Assembly: GCA_002431845.1 (NCBI GenBank) | Contig: DJEH01000037.1 | Span: forward strand, 1-50,116 | From: Prevotellaceae bacterium UBA5903 | GTDB taxonomy: Bacteria > Bacteroidota > Bacteroidia > Bacteroidales > Bacteroidaceae | Direction: 5' to 3' | Length of the DNA: 50,116 nt | Shown: positions 49,952 through 50,116 of the stretch, one piece after another | Layout: each line of letters starts with the position of its first letter | How positions within the stretch are numbered: position 1 is the first letter of the stretch | Notes under the pieces: generated by a model | Told to the model about the DNA's origin: nothing | What the model saw: the letters and a program-made list of their open reading frames with translations, nothing else | Database searches by the model: none | Program-made: the position numbers and the translations under genes

Positions 49952-50053
49952 CTTTGTATATACGTCAAATACAATGGCAAAGTTAATACTTATTGCATTT
50001 ATTTAGTCAAGTATTCCGAAATATTTTGACATAGTATGTACATTGTATTTTTC

Positions 50054-50077
50054 TAAGTAGGTGTTAAAAATTAATTG
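50054..50077. mobile_element. Left terminal repeat of another MITE-like copy (partner not in window)
   Basis: TAAGTAGGTGTTAAAAATTAATTG, 1 mismatch to 6842-6865. Confidence 0.65.
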
Positions 50078-50116
50078 TATAAATGAATCTTTTTATTTTC
50101 ATATTTGAAGCACTTT

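Overview
Bacteroidales (Prevotella/Alloprevotella-like) chromosomal window. Housekeeping and accessory genes: HlyD plus two ABC-2 permeases, three glycosyltransferases, a CpdB-like nucleotidase, folA, etfB-etfA-acyl-CoA dehydrogenase, a vWA lipoprotein, a TonB-dependent receptor with an NPP phosphodiesterase, a modular GH31, tRNA-Gln(CTG), an S46 dipeptidyl peptidase, a YqiA-like esterase and tamB-tamA/L. The standout is an AT-rich ~12.5 kb RiPP-type operon (16602-29069). One radical SAM/SPASM maturase is followed by three tandem modules of [double-glycine precursor peptide + hairpin + its own ~780-aa outer-membrane beta-barrel], then one C39 peptidase ABC exporter; the cluster has no HlyD or TolC. 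Each precursor has a conserved 24-aa GG leader, a variable core with exactly five Cys, and a conserved tail of exactly 24 aa after the last Cys, ending in Tyr or Phe. The window also holds seven copies or ends of a TA-bounded MITE-like element (TAAGTAGGT...CCTACTTA), two of which supply gene stop codons. Other repeats are an IS982 remnant inside the RiPP cluster, a 5 x 23-bp palindromic tandem array and a decayed REP-like cluster. All product calls come from motif recognition by eye; no database searches were run.
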